Assembly: GCF_000195955.2 (NCBI RefSeq)
Contig: NC_000962.3
Span: 4,080,001 to 4,112,000 of the forward strand
Direction: 5' to 3'
Length of the DNA stretch: 32,000 nt
DNA from: Mycobacterium tuberculosis H37Rv
Lineage (GTDB): Bacteria > Actinomycetota > Actinomycetes > Mycobacteriales > Mycobacteriaceae
Shown here: positions 22,036-31,345 of the stretch, piece by piece
Position numbering within the stretch: position 1 is the stretch's first letter
Layout of the letters: each line of letters opens with the position of its first letter
The notes under the pieces: generated by a model
Seen by the model: only the letters and a program-made list of their open reading frames with translations
Told to the model about the DNA's origin: nothing
Database searches by the model: none
Translations under genes and position numbers: made by a program

Positions 22036-23678
22036 AGGTTGCCAACCTTTCGGGGAGCTGAGGGGGCACCGGGAATGGCCTGAAGCAACTGGCGGGTGTA
22101 CTCGTGGCGGGGCCGGCTGAACACCTCCTCGGTAGAGGCGTGCTCCACCACCCGGCCGGCCCGCATGACCAGGACGTCGTCGGCAATCTGCCGGATCACC
22201 GCCAGATCATGGCTGATGAACAAATACGTCAAACCCAGGTCGGCCTGCAGATCGGCCAGCAGATCCAGGATCTGTGCCTGCACCAATACGTCGAGCGCCG
22301 ACACCGCTTCGTCGCACACCAATACCTCCGGGCGCAGCGCCAGCGCACGCGCGATCGCTACCCGCTGCCGCTGACCACCCGACAGCTCACGGGGCCGCCG
22401 GCCCAGTATCGACGACGGCAGCGCCACCTGATCGACCAGCTCACGCACCGCCCTTTGCCGCTGCCGGCGGTCACCGACGTGATGGACGCGTAACGGTTCC
22501 TCGATGGCGCGAAACACCGAGTACATGGGATCCAGGCTGCTGTATGGGTTTTGGAACACCGGCTGGACCCGGCGGCGAAAGGCCAGCACCTGGTCCCGGG
22601 CCAGCGCGCCGACGTCGTAGGTGCCGTCGAAAACGACCGTGCCCGAGGTAGGTTGGAGCAGCCCAAGCACCATCCGCGCTAGCGTCGACTTGCCTGACCC
22701 GGATTCGCCGACGATTGCCAGGGTGCTCGCCCGCGGTAGCCGGAATGACACTCCGTCGACGGCGCGAGACTCCACCCGCCGCCACGGTGCGCCGCGGGAC
22801 TCCCGGTAAATCTTGGTCAGCTCCGAGACGACGAGAATGTCGCCGGCCTGCGTGGTTGCCCGTGACCGGGATTCCGGCGGACGTCTGCTGCGCGCCGTCA
22901 GCGATGGAGCCGCGGCCACCAGGCGCCGGGTGTACTCGTGCTGAGGGCTTTGCAGGATTGACTGCGCCGCACCGGATTCCACCACCACTCCACGACGGAC
23001 GACGACGACAGCCTCGGCCCGCTGCGCGGCCAACGCCAGATCGTGGGTGATCAGTAGCAGCGCGGTGCCTAGTTCGTCGGTGAGTCCCTGAAGATGATCG
23101 AGCACCTGCCGCTGCACGGTGACATCCAACGCGGACGTCGGCTCATCGGCGATCAGCAGCCGCGGCCTGCCCGCCAAGCCGATCGCAATCAACGCCCGCT
23201 GGCACATGCCGCCGGACAGCTGATGCGGGTAGCGTCCGGCTTGCTTCGCCGGATCCGGCAGGCCCGCCTCAGCGAGTAGCTCCACCGCCCGTCGTCGTGC
23301 TGCGCGACCGTCGGTATTGGCCCGCAACGCTTCTGTGACCTGAAAGCCGACCTTCCAAACCGGATTGAGGTTGGTCATCGGATCCTGGGGAACATAGCCG
23401 ATCTCCCGTCCCCTTATCGACCGTAGCCGCTTGGCATCGGCCCCGGTGATGTCGCGCCCGTCGAACACAACGCGTCCAGCGGTGATCCGTCCACCAGCCG
23501 GAAGCAACCCAAGAATCGCCGCGGCCGTCGTGGATTTGCCCGACCCGGACTCACCCACCACGGCGACGGTTTGACCGCTCCGGACGGCCAGATCCACCCC
23601 ACACACGGCGGGAGCATCGGTGCCGAACGTAACTTCCAGGCCCTCCACCGACAACAGCGGCGCTGCTGGGACGCTCAT
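22032..23678 (-). CDS. dppD: Dipeptide/oligopeptide ABC transporter, fused double ATPase
   Basis: There are two ABC cassettes. Cassette 1 has GESGSGKST, LSGGMCQR and LLIADEPTSALD. Cassette 2 has GESGSGKST, LSGGQRQR and VLVCDEAVSALD. ATG 23678 overlaps the dppC TGA (ATGA). Confidence 0.9.
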   Translation of the reverse strand: MSVPAAPLLSVEGLEVTFGTDAPAVCGVDLAVRSGQTVAVVGESGSGKSTTAAAILGLLPAGGRITAGRVVFDGRDITGADAKRLRSIRGREIGYVPQDPMTNLNPVWKVGFQVTEALRANTDGRAARRRAVELLAEAGLPDPAKQAGRYPHQLSGGMCQRALIAIGLAGRPRLLIADEPTSALDVTVQRQVLDHLQGLTDELGTALLLITHDLALAAQRAEAVVVVRRGVVVESGAAQSILQSPQHEYTRRLVAAAPSLTARSRRPPESRSRATTQAGDILVVSELTKIYRESRGAPWRRVESRAVDGVSFRLPRASTLAIVGESGSGKSTLARMVLGLLQPTSGTVVFDGTYDVGALARDQVLAFRRRVQPVFQNPYSSLDPMYSVFRAIEEPLRVHHVGDRRQRQRAVRELVDQVALPSSILGRRPRELSGGQRQRVAIARALALRPEVLVCDEAVSALDVLVQAQILDLLADLQADLGLTYLFISHDLAVIRQIADDVLVMRAGRVVEHASTEEVFSRPRHEYTRQLLQAIPGAPSAPRKVGNL

Positions 23679-24538
23679 GCCCGCCATGCCCGCGAAGCCG
23701 GATCCAGCGCGTCGCGCAAAGCGTCGCCCATCATCATGAACGCCAGCACCGTAATCGCCAGCGCGCCCGCAGGATAGAACAAAATTGGCGAGCCCGACCG
23801 TAGCCGGGTCTGCGCGACATTGATGTCGCCACCCCAGGACACCACCGACGTCGGCAATCCGACCCCGAGGTAGGACAGCGTGGCCTCGGTGACGATGAAG
23901 ATCCCCAGAGCGACGGTAGCCACCGCGATCACCGGGCCCACGGCGTTGGGCAGCGCGTGCCGAAGCAGAATCTGAAACCTATTCAACCCCAATGCCTTAG
24001 CTGCAAGGACGTAATCGCTGGCACGCACCTCGAGCACCGCACCGCGCGCGATCCTGGCCACTTGCGGCCAGCCGAACAATGCCAAGATGGCGATCACCGT
24101 CCACACCGTGCGGTGATGCATGACTTGCATGAGCACGATGGCGGCCAACAGCAACGGCAAGCCGAGAAACACATCGGTGACCCGCGAAACCACCGCATCG
24201 ATCCAGCTCCCGTAAAAACCGGCCAATGCGCCTAACGCCCCGCCCACGACGAACACGGCCAGCGTTGCCCCCAACCCGACCGTGACCGAAGCCCGCGCAC
24301 CATACACCGTGCGCGAATAGATGTCGTGGCCCTGCAGGTCGGTGCCGAACCAGTGCGCGGCCGATGGCGCAAGCATGCTTTGGCTGGGATCGGCATAGGT
24401 GGGATCGGCTGCGGTAAACAACGACGGAAACGCCGCCACGACAAGAATCAGCAGGATCAGCGCCGCGGCGATCACGAATTTAGGACGCCGGCGCAACCCG
24501 CGCCAGGCATCGAGCCAGAACCCCGTGTGCTCAGCCAT
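23675..24538 (-). CDS. dppC: Dipeptide ABC transporter permease
   Basis: Multi-TM protein with the EAA-type loop SDYVLAAKALGLNRFQILLRHALPNAVGPVI. I prefer ATG 24538 (MAEHTGFWLDAWRGLRRRPKF..., a typical DppC/OppC N-terminus), which overlaps the dppB end by 8 nt. A GTG at 24475 would remove that region. Confidence 0.85.
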   Translation of the reverse strand: MAEHTGFWLDAWRGLRRRPKFVIAAALILLILVVAAFPSLFTAADPTYADPSQSMLAPSAAHWFGTDLQGHDIYSRTVYGARASVTVGLGATLAVFVVGGALGALAGFYGSWIDAVVSRVTDVFLGLPLLLAAIVLMQVMHHRTVWTVIAILALFGWPQVARIARGAVLEVRASDYVLAAKALGLNRFQILLRHALPNAVGPVIAVATVALGIFIVTEATLSYLGVGLPTSVVSWGGDINVAQTRLRSGSPILFYPAGALAITVLAFMMMGDALRDALDPASRAWRA

Positions 24539-25457
24539 AGCGGATCCGCGGGTCCAGGGCCGCATACAGCAGATCCACCAACAGATTGGTGATCAGGTAG
24601 ATCAGCACCAGCACCGTCACGATCGACACCACCGTCGGCGTCTCCTGACGCGTGACCGCTTGATACAGCACGCCCCCGACGCCGTGGATGTTGAAGATTC
24701 CTTCGGTCACAATCGCTCCGCCCATCAGCGCGCCCAGATCCGCGCCCAGGAAGGTCACCACCGGAATCAGCGAATTGCGCAGAATGTGCACCGTCACCAC
24801 CCGGGGCCGCGACAACCCCTTGGCGGTGGCGGTGCGGACATAGTCAGCGTGTGCGTTGGCCGCCACCGCCGAGCGGGTCAATCGCACCACGTAGGCGAAT
24901 GACATGGCGCCCAGCACGATCCCGGGTAGCAGCAGGCGGCCGACGCTCGCCCGTTCGCCCACCGTGACCGGCGCGATTTCGAGCTGGACCCCGAATAAGA
25001 ACTGCGCCAGAAAGCCCAGCACGAAGATGGGGATCGCAATAATGACAAGTCCGGTAACCAGCACCGCGGAATCGAAGATTCCACCCTGACGTAGGCCGGC
25101 GATCACGCCGAATCCGATTCCGAGCACTGCCTCCACCGCCAGGGCGATCAAGGCCAGCCTGATGGTGACCGGAAACGCATGCGCCAGAACGGCACTGACC
25201 GGCAGCCCAGAATACGCACGACCCAAGTCACCGTGCAGAATTCCGCCCAGATAGCGCAAGTATTGCACGAGGAACGGATCGTCGAGGTGGTAATGCGAAC
25301 GCAGCTGCGCGGCCACCGCGGGAGTCAACGGACGGTCGCCCGCCAGCGCGGCAACTGGGTCACCGGGCAGCAGAAAGACCATGCCGTAGATCAGCAGTGT
25401 CGCGCCCAGGAAAACCGGCACCATCACGGCGACTCGGCGCGCAACATACCAGCCCAT
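24531..25457 (-). CDS. dppB: Dipeptide ABC transporter permease
   Basis: Start ATG 25457 (MGWYVARRVAVMVPVFLG...), 308 aa. The EAA-type loop is ADYVRTATAKGLSRPRVVTVHILRNSLIPVVT. It starts 1 nt after the dppA stop. Confidence 0.9.
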   Translation of the reverse strand: MGWYVARRVAVMVPVFLGATLLIYGMVFLLPGDPVAALAGDRPLTPAVAAQLRSHYHLDDPFLVQYLRYLGGILHGDLGRAYSGLPVSAVLAHAFPVTIRLALIALAVEAVLGIGFGVIAGLRQGGIFDSAVLVTGLVIIAIPIFVLGFLAQFLFGVQLEIAPVTVGERASVGRLLLPGIVLGAMSFAYVVRLTRSAVAANAHADYVRTATAKGLSRPRVVTVHILRNSLIPVVTFLGADLGALMGGAIVTEGIFNIHGVGGVLYQAVTRQETPTVVSIVTVLVLIYLITNLLVDLLYAALDPRIRYG

Positions 25458-25458
25458 G

Positions 25459-27084
25459 TCAGGCCTTGACGATGTTCTCGTAGTCGGGCAGACCATTCCA
25501 GGTGACGGTGACGTTGCTGACTTGCGACGACCATCCGACGACACTGATGTAATCCCAGAGCGGCACAACTGGCATGTCGTGAAACAGGATTCGCTGCGCG
25601 TCGTTGACCAGCTCGTGGGATTCGGTTAACGTGGGGGCGGCTTCGGCGGCGGCCAGCGCCGCGTCGAATTCCGGGTTGATGTAGCCGACGTCGTTGGATC
25701 CGGCGCCGGCGGTGAACAGCGGAGCGAGAAACTCGATCATCGACGGGTAGTCGCCCCGCCATCCAGCGCGAAATGCACTGTCGATGGCGCGGTTGGTGAT
25801 CTGGGTGCGAAATCCGGCGAAGGTGGGCTGCGGCGCGGCCACCGCATCGATGCCCAACACGTTCTTGATGCTGTTGGCCACCGCGTCCACCCAATCCCGA
25901 TGGCCAGCGTCAGCGTTATAGGCGATCGCGTACCGGCCGCTCCACGGTGAGATCGCATCGGCCTGCGCCCAGAGCCGCCGAGCCCGCTGCGGGTCGTAGT
26001 CCAGCACCTCGTTGCCCGGCAGGTTGGGATCGAAGCCCGGCAACGACCGGGCGGTGAAATCGCGGGCCGGACTGCGGGTTCCGGCGAAGATCTGCTGGCA
26101 GATTTGCGGCCGGTTGATGGCGGCCGACAGCGCCAACCGGCGCAGCCGCCCCTCCTCGCCACCGAAATGCGGCAGCCGCAACGGAGTGTCGAGGGTCTGA
26201 TTGATCGCTGCGGGCCCGCTGGTAGCGTGGTCGCCCAGGTCGCGCTGGTAGACCGTCAACGCGCTCGGCGGAATCGTGTCCAGGACATCGAGATTGCCGG
26301 ACAGCAAGTCGGCATAGGCGGTGTCCAGATTGGCGTAGAACTCGAATCGCAAACCTTTGTTACGGGGCTTGCGGTTGCCGTGGTAGTCGGGGTTGGGCAC
26401 CAGGTCGATTCTGACGTTGTGTTCCCAGGCCGGCCCGGCTGGGCCGTCGGCGAGTTTGTACGGGCCGTTGCCGATCGGGTTGCGGCCGAACGCGGCCATG
26501 TCCCGAAATGCGGAGTCCGGCAGCGGATAAAACGAGCTGTGGCCAAGGCGCAACGTGAAGTCGATGGTCGGCGCCTTAAGCCGCACGGTGAACTCCAGGT
26601 CGTTGACCACGCGCAACCCGGACATGGTGGTCCGGCTCTTATCCCCTGGCGCGCCGGCCACGTCATCGAACCCTTCGATCGGGCTGAAAAAGTGCTGCTG
26701 CAGTTGGGCATTGGTGCTCAGGGCTCCGTAGTTCCACGCGTCGACGAACGAGTGGGCCGTCACCGGCGAGCCGTCGGTGAACTTCCAGCCGGGTTTGACA
26801 GTGATCCGGTAGTTGACGTTATCGGCGCTCTCGATTGACTGCGCGACCTCCAGCGACGGCTTGCCAACGGCGTCATAGGACATCAGGCCGGCGAACAACC
26901 GATCGATGATGCGCCCACCGTTGCTGTCGTTGGTGCCGGTCGGGATCAGCGGGTTGGGCGGTTCCCCGCCGTTGACCAGCACCACGTCAGGGCTCAGGAC
27001 ACCGCCGCCACAACCGGCCACTGGCGCAAGCACCAGCAATCCGGTGGCAAGGGCTGCCAGGGCCGCCCGCATCTGACGCACCAT
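25459..27084 (-). CDS. dppA: Dipeptide/oligopeptide-binding lipoprotein (SBP family 5)
   Basis: 541 aa. The signal peptide has the lipobox MRAALAALATGLLVLAPVAGC. The family-5 solute-binding body includes ...YRITVKPGWKFTDGSPVTAHSFVDAW... Confidence 0.9.
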   Translation of the reverse strand: MVRQMRAALAALATGLLVLAPVAGCGGGVLSPDVVLVNGGEPPNPLIPTGTNDSNGGRIIDRLFAGLMSYDAVGKPSLEVAQSIESADNVNYRITVKPGWKFTDGSPVTAHSFVDAWNYGALSTNAQLQQHFFSPIEGFDDVAGAPGDKSRTTMSGLRVVNDLEFTVRLKAPTIDFTLRLGHSSFYPLPDSAFRDMAAFGRNPIGNGPYKLADGPAGPAWEHNVRIDLVPNPDYHGNRKPRNKGLRFEFYANLDTAYADLLSGNLDVLDTIPPSALTVYQRDLGDHATSGPAAINQTLDTPLRLPHFGGEEGRLRRLALSAAINRPQICQQIFAGTRSPARDFTARSLPGFDPNLPGNEVLDYDPQRARRLWAQADAISPWSGRYAIAYNADAGHRDWVDAVANSIKNVLGIDAVAAPQPTFAGFRTQITNRAIDSAFRAGWRGDYPSMIEFLAPLFTAGAGSNDVGYINPEFDAALAAAEAAPTLTESHELVNDAQRILFHDMPVVPLWDYISVVGWSSQVSNVTVTWNGLPDYENIVKA

Positions 27085-27091
27085 GACAGCG

Positions 27092-27097
27092 ACCCTA
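27092..27097 (-). promoter_or_regulatory. -10 hexamer TAGGGT, 7 nt upstream of the dppA ATG (leaderless candidate)
   Basis: The minus strand reads gctTTAGGGTcgctgtcATGgtg. It matches TANNNT, and there is no SD at a functional distance. Confidence 0.4.
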
Positions 27098-27778
27098 AAG
27101 CCTTCTTGTGCAGTCCGGCTCCCCAGCCGGTGAAGTGCGGCCTGGCCAGCGCAGCCGACACACTCGCCGGTGACCGTTAGCTACCACGCCACCCAGAGTG
27201 CCGGCGAACCGGTGGGACGATGTTTTGGGAACGCTCACACCGTCGTTCGCGATCCGGTGTTGGCTACCCACCGCGACTGCGCTTCCCAAGGGAAGACCTC
27301 GCCCGACCGGGCGCTGTTGGCGTGCGGCATCCTCGAGGAGGACCGGTGGTGTCGGCGCTGTGGCGAGGAAGGCAGCCCGCGCGACACCGTGACCAGGAGG
27401 TTGACTCACTGGTGTGGGCTGCACCCGGGTGTGAGCGTAGATCACTCATGTCTTAGCCGATGCTGCCGCTTGGATTGCCGCCGTCGTGGCCCAGCGGTGC
27501 CCCAACGCGATCCGCCGCGCCGATAAAGCTAACCGGTGCCAACGAACGACGCCACATCGCACATGTCGCTCACGCCAGCCGATCTCCGTTGCCGGCCACC
27601 GTAACCGTCAGCACGACTCGGCACAATGCCAGCCGCACGCTGCAAGGCCGACCAACGTGTGATGTGTAGCCTGCAAGACACCGGCTTTCTTGGCTATGAC
27701 TGCATCCTGGTCAGCGATTGCACTGTGACGACTTTGCCCAGCTCAACCTCTGCCATGCCGGCTGTATCGTCGCGCGGT

Positions 27779-27784
27779 TAGGCT
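27779..27784 (+). promoter_or_regulatory. -10 hexamer TAGGCT, 7 nt upstream of the acs GTG (leaderless candidate)
   Basis: cggtTAGGCTcacatccGTGagt. It matches TANNNT, and there is no purine-rich SD. Confidence 0.4.
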
Positions 27785-27791
27785 CACATCC

Positions 27792-29747
27792 GTGAGTGAG
27801 TCCACCCCCGAAGTCTCCTCGTCATACCCGCCGCCAGCGCACTTCGCCGAGCACGCGAACGCCCGCGCCGAGCTTTACCGCGAGGCCGAGGAAGACCGGC
27901 TGGCTTTTTGGGCCAAGCAGGCCAACCGACTGTCCTGGACGACGCCGTTCACCGAGGTGTTGGACTGGTCGGGGGCGCCGTTCGCCAAGTGGTTCGTGGG
28001 CGGCGAGCTCAACGTCGCCTACAACTGTGTGGATCGTCACGTCGAGGCCGGCCATGGAGATCGGGTCGCCATCCACTGGGAAGGCGAGCCGGTCGGCGAC
28101 CGGCGCACGCTGACCTATTCCGATCTGCTTGCCGAGGTATCCAAAGCCGCGAACGCGCTCACCGACCTCGGTCTGGTGGCCGGTGACCGCGTCGCCATCT
28201 ACCTGCCGTTGATCCCTGAGGCCGTGATCGCCATGCTGGCCTGTGCCCGGCTAGGCATCATGCATAGCGTTGTTTTCGGCGGGTTCACCGCTGCGGCCTT
28301 GCAGGCCCGGATCGTCGACGCCCAAGCCAAGCTGCTGATCACCGCGGACGGGCAGTTTCGGCGCGGCAAGCCATCGCCCCTCAAGGCGGCCGCTGACGAG
28401 GCCCTTGCAGCGATCCCCGACTGCTCGGTCGAGCACGTTCTGGTGGTGCGGCGCACGGGAATTGAGATGGCCTGGAGCGAGGGCCGCGACCTGTGGTGGC
28501 ACCATGTCGTCGGCTCAGCTTCACCGGCACACACCCCGGAGCCTTTCGATTCCGAGCACCCGCTGTTCCTGCTGTACACGTCAGGCACCACCGGCAAGCC
28601 CAAAGGCATTATGCACACCAGCGGCGGCTATCTCACTCAGTGTTGCTACACGATGCGCACCATTTTCGATGTCAAGCCGGACAGCGACGTGTTCTGGTGC
28701 ACCGCCGACATCGGCTGGGTCACCGGCCACACCTACGGCGTCTACGGCCCGCTGTGCAACGGAGTCACCGAGGTTCTCTACGAGGGCACGCCGGATACCC
28801 CCGACCGACACCGGCATTTCCAGATCATCGAAAAATACGGCGTGACAATCTATTACACCGCCCCCACCCTCATCCGGATGTTTATGAAGTGGGGCCGTGA
28901 GATCCCCGACAGCCACGACCTGTCCAGCCTGCGGCTGCTGGGGTCGGTCGGCGAACCGATCAACCCCGAGGCTTGGCGTTGGTACCGCGATGTCATCGGC
29001 GGCGGACGCACCCCGCTGGTAGACACCTGGTGGCAGACCGAGACCGGCTCCGCGATGATCTCCCCGCTGCCCGGAATCGCTGCGGCCAAACCGGGTTCAG
29101 CGATGACGCCGCTGCCCGGGATCTCGGCCAAGATCGTCGACGATCACGGTGATCCGTTGCCACCGCACACCGAGGGCGCCCAGCATGTTACCGGGTACCT
29201 CGTCCTAGACCAGCCGTGGCCGTCGATGTTGCGCGGCATCTGGGGCGACCCCGCGCGGTATTGGCACTCTTACTGGTCCAAATTTTCCGACAAGGGCTAC
29301 TACTTCGCCGGGGACGGCGCTCGCATAGACCCCGACGGCGCGATCTGGGTACTAGGCCGCATCGACGACGTGATGAACGTGTCCGGGCACCGGATCTCGA
29401 CCGCCGAGGTGGAATCGGCGCTGGTCGCTCACTCTGGCGTGGCCGAGGCGGCGGTGGTCGGGGTTACCGACGAGACCACGACCCAGGCCATCTGTGCGTT
29501 CGTCGTGCTACGCGCCAACTACGCCCCCCATGACCGCACAGCCGAAGAGTTGCGCACCGAAGTGGCTCGAGTGATCTCGCCCATCGCACGGCCACGCGAC
29601 GTCCACGTAGTGCCCGAACTACCCAAGACTCGTAGCGGCAAAATCATGCGTCGACTGCTGCGCGACGTCGCGGAAAACCGTGAGCTTGGCGACACGTCGA
29701 CGCTGCTCGATCCCACCGTATTCGACGCGATCCGGGCCGCCAAGTAG
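27792..29747 (+). CDS. acs: Acetyl-CoA synthetase (AMP-forming)
   Basis: 651 aa. AMP-binding signature YTSGTTGKPKG, TWWQTETG, YYFAGDGARIDPDGAIWVLGRIDDVMNVSGHRIST, and C-terminal PKTRSGKIMRR, which contains the conserved catalytic and acetylatable Lys. Confidence 0.95.
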   Translation: MSESTPEVSSSYPPPAHFAEHANARAELYREAEEDRLAFWAKQANRLSWTTPFTEVLDWSGAPFAKWFVGGELNVAYNCVDRHVEAGHGDRVAIHWEGEPVGDRRTLTYSDLLAEVSKAANALTDLGLVAGDRVAIYLPLIPEAVIAMLACARLGIMHSVVFGGFTAAALQARIVDAQAKLLITADGQFRRGKPSPLKAAADEALAAIPDCSVEHVLVVRRTGIEMAWSEGRDLWWHHVVGSASPAHTPEPFDSEHPLFLLYTSGTTGKPKGIMHTSGGYLTQCCYTMRTIFDVKPDSDVFWCTADIGWVTGHTYGVYGPLCNGVTEVLYEGTPDTPDRHRHFQIIEKYGVTIYYTAPTLIRMFMKWGREIPDSHDLSSLRLLGSVGEPINPEAWRWYRDVIGGGRTPLVDTWWQTETGSAMISPLPGIAAAKPGSAMTPLPGISAKIVDDHGDPLPPHTEGAQHVTGYLVLDQPWPSMLRGIWGDPARYWHSYWSKFSDKGYYFAGDGARIDPDGAIWVLGRIDDVMNVSGHRISTAEVESALVAHSGVAEAAVVGVTDETTTQAICAFVVLRANYAPHDRTAEELRTEVARVISPIARPRDVHVVPELPKTRSGKIMRRLLRDVAENRELGDTSTLLDPTVFDAIRAAK

Positions 29748-29782
29748 GTCGCGGCACGATCAACCGGGTCAGCCCAGCCAAC

Positions 29783-30481
29783 TCAGGCCGGTACCGGGAC
29801 GAATCCCGCGCCCGGCCGGTTCTTGGCGTTGATGTCGGCCAGGTCGGCGTTGATCGACATCACCACCGCCGGGGTGTGCAGCGGGATGTATTTGGTGATG
29901 CAACTCGGCAGATTGTCGCTGAATGCGCCGTGGATCATCCCGACCAGCAGATTGTCGACGGTCACCGGCGCACCGGAGTCGCCCGGTCCGCCGCAGACCT
30001 GCATCACAAGGGTGCCCGGACTCTCCCCTGGCCCCCAGGTAACCCCGCACGAGTTACCGGTGGTGCGGCCCTGCTTGCAGGCGATCTGGCCGAACGACGG
30101 GTCCGGGCCAATGCCGTTGATCGCAAACCCGTTGAAGACGGCCACCGGGGTCACCTTGGCCGGGTCGAACTTGATCACCGCGTAGTCCAGGCCGTCGTTG
30201 CCGGCGACCATGATGCCTACCGGGCCCGCGTTCTCGGCACCCTCAGCGGCGATCTGCGCGCCCGGGCCCCCACAGTGGGCGGAAGTGAAGCCGATGAGGT
30301 CACCGTTCTTGTCATGGCCGATGGTGGTTAGGGTGCACATGGTGTCCCCGTTGACGACGATGCCCGCACCACCGCCCAGCGGTAGCTTGTCGTCGGCTGC
30401 CGCGGTGTTCGCAGGTAGGCACACAACGGCCAAAAGCACGGCCGCGAATGCCGCGGCAAAGCGCCTGTGCGCCGTCTGCAA
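29783..30481 (-). CDS. Secreted S1-family (chymotrypsin/alpha-lytic-like) serine protease
   Basis: TTG start with GGGAG 9 nt upstream. Signal peptide MQTAHRRFAAAFAAVLLAVVCLPANTAAA. Catalytic contexts are TSAHCGG (His), GLDYAVIKF (Asp) and GGPGDSGAPV (Ser). Confidence 0.85.
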   Translation of the reverse strand: MQTAHRRFAAAFAAVLLAVVCLPANTAAADDKLPLGGGAGIVVNGDTMCTLTTIGHDKNGDLIGFTSAHCGGPGAQIAAEGAENAGPVGIMVAGNDGLDYAVIKFDPAKVTPVAVFNGFAINGIGPDPSFGQIACKQGRTTGNSCGVTWGPGESPGTLVMQVCGGPGDSGAPVTVDNLLVGMIHGAFSDNLPSCITKYIPLHTPAVVMSINADLADINAKNRPGAGFVPVPA

Positions 30482-30667
30482 CGCAATGCTCCCGTCATAT
30501 CGTCAGACACTTGAGAACAGATCCGCCAGTTTAGACGATCGCACCGCAACATCGGCCTCTGTTCAAACGGCCGCACACGTCAAGACGTGGCTAACTCTGT
30601 CCCGCCGCCCTTGGTGTTGGCTGGCCTCGTATGGCACCGCACCGCATGGCAACATGAACCGCGATGC

Positions 30668-30828
30668 CAGCCGAACCGCTCGGCGACGATGCGGGCCGGA
30701 TGACGGCCCGAGGAGGAGCCGAGCAATCGAACCGAGCTCGGCGACGATGCGGGCCGGATGACGGCCTAGGGTGGGGTACCGCCGCTGGCGAGGGCGAGCC
30801 GAGCAATCGAATCGAGAGGACCGTCTGT
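30668..30828 (+). repeat. MIRU-type repeat locus (58-bp unit followed by an 80-bp variant unit) immediately upstream of the 30827 gene
   Basis: CTCGGCGACGATGCGGGCCGGATGACGGCC occurs at 30679 and 30737. GAGCCGAGCAATCGAA occurs at 30717 and 30797. The second unit carries a ~22-bp insertion (TAGGGTGGGGTACCGCCGCTGG...). The element ends in ...GTCTGTGA, where the TGA overlaps the downstream GTG start. Confidence 0.85.
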
Positions 30829-31345
30829 GAGCAAGATCGATCGCAAGAACGGTGTGCCCAGCACGCTGACCACGATTCCGTTGGCCGACCCGCACGCCGG
30901 ACCTGCTGAGCCGTCGATCGGTGACCTGATCAAAGACGCGACAACGCAGATGTCGACGCTGGTCCGAGCCGAGGTCGAGCTGGCCCGCGCCGAGATCACC
31001 CGGGACGTCAAGAAGGGACTGACCGGCAGTGTTTTCTTCATCTCCTCGCTGGTGGTCGGGTTCTACTCCACCTTCTTTTTCTTCTTTTTCGTCGCCGAAC
31101 TGCTCGATACCTGGATCTGGCGCTGGGTGGCTTTCTTGCTCGTGTTCGCCATAATGGTCGTGGTCACCGCCGTGTTGGCCCTCTTGGGTTTCCTGAAAGT
31201 CCGGCGCATCCGGGGACCGCGGCAGACCATTGCGTCGGTCAAAGAGACGCGCACCGCACTTACCCCGGGCCATGACAAAACCCCTGTGACACCAAAACCC
31301 GTGACATCTGATCGCGCGACGCCGGTTGACCCCTCGGGTTGGTAG
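30827..31345 (+). CDS. Small membrane protein (holin-X/DUF1469-like, tentative)
   Basis: 172 aa from a GTG preceded by GAGAGGA. It has an amphipathic N-terminal region (SIGDLIKDATTQMSTLVRAEVELARAEITRDVKKG), then two TM helices (VFFISSLVVGFYSTFFFFFFVAELL and VAFLLVFAIMVVVTAVLALLGFL), then a Pro/Thr-rich tail. Confidence 0.75.
   Translation: MSKIDRKNGVPSTLTTIPLADPHAGPAEPSIGDLIKDATTQMSTLVRAEVELARAEITRDVKKGLTGSVFFISSLVVGFYSTFFFFFFVAELLDTWIWRWVAFLLVFAIMVVVTAVLALLGFLKVRRIRGPRQTIASVKETRTALTPGHDKTPVTPKPVTSDRATPVDPSGW

Noticed and set aside
31068-31092. Pyrimidine tract CCTTCTTTTTCTTCTTTTTCGTC considered as a slippage/phase-variation site
   Set aside because: It simply encodes six consecutive Phe residues inside a predicted TM helix. 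It has no homopolymer run longer than 5, and I know of no evidence of variation.
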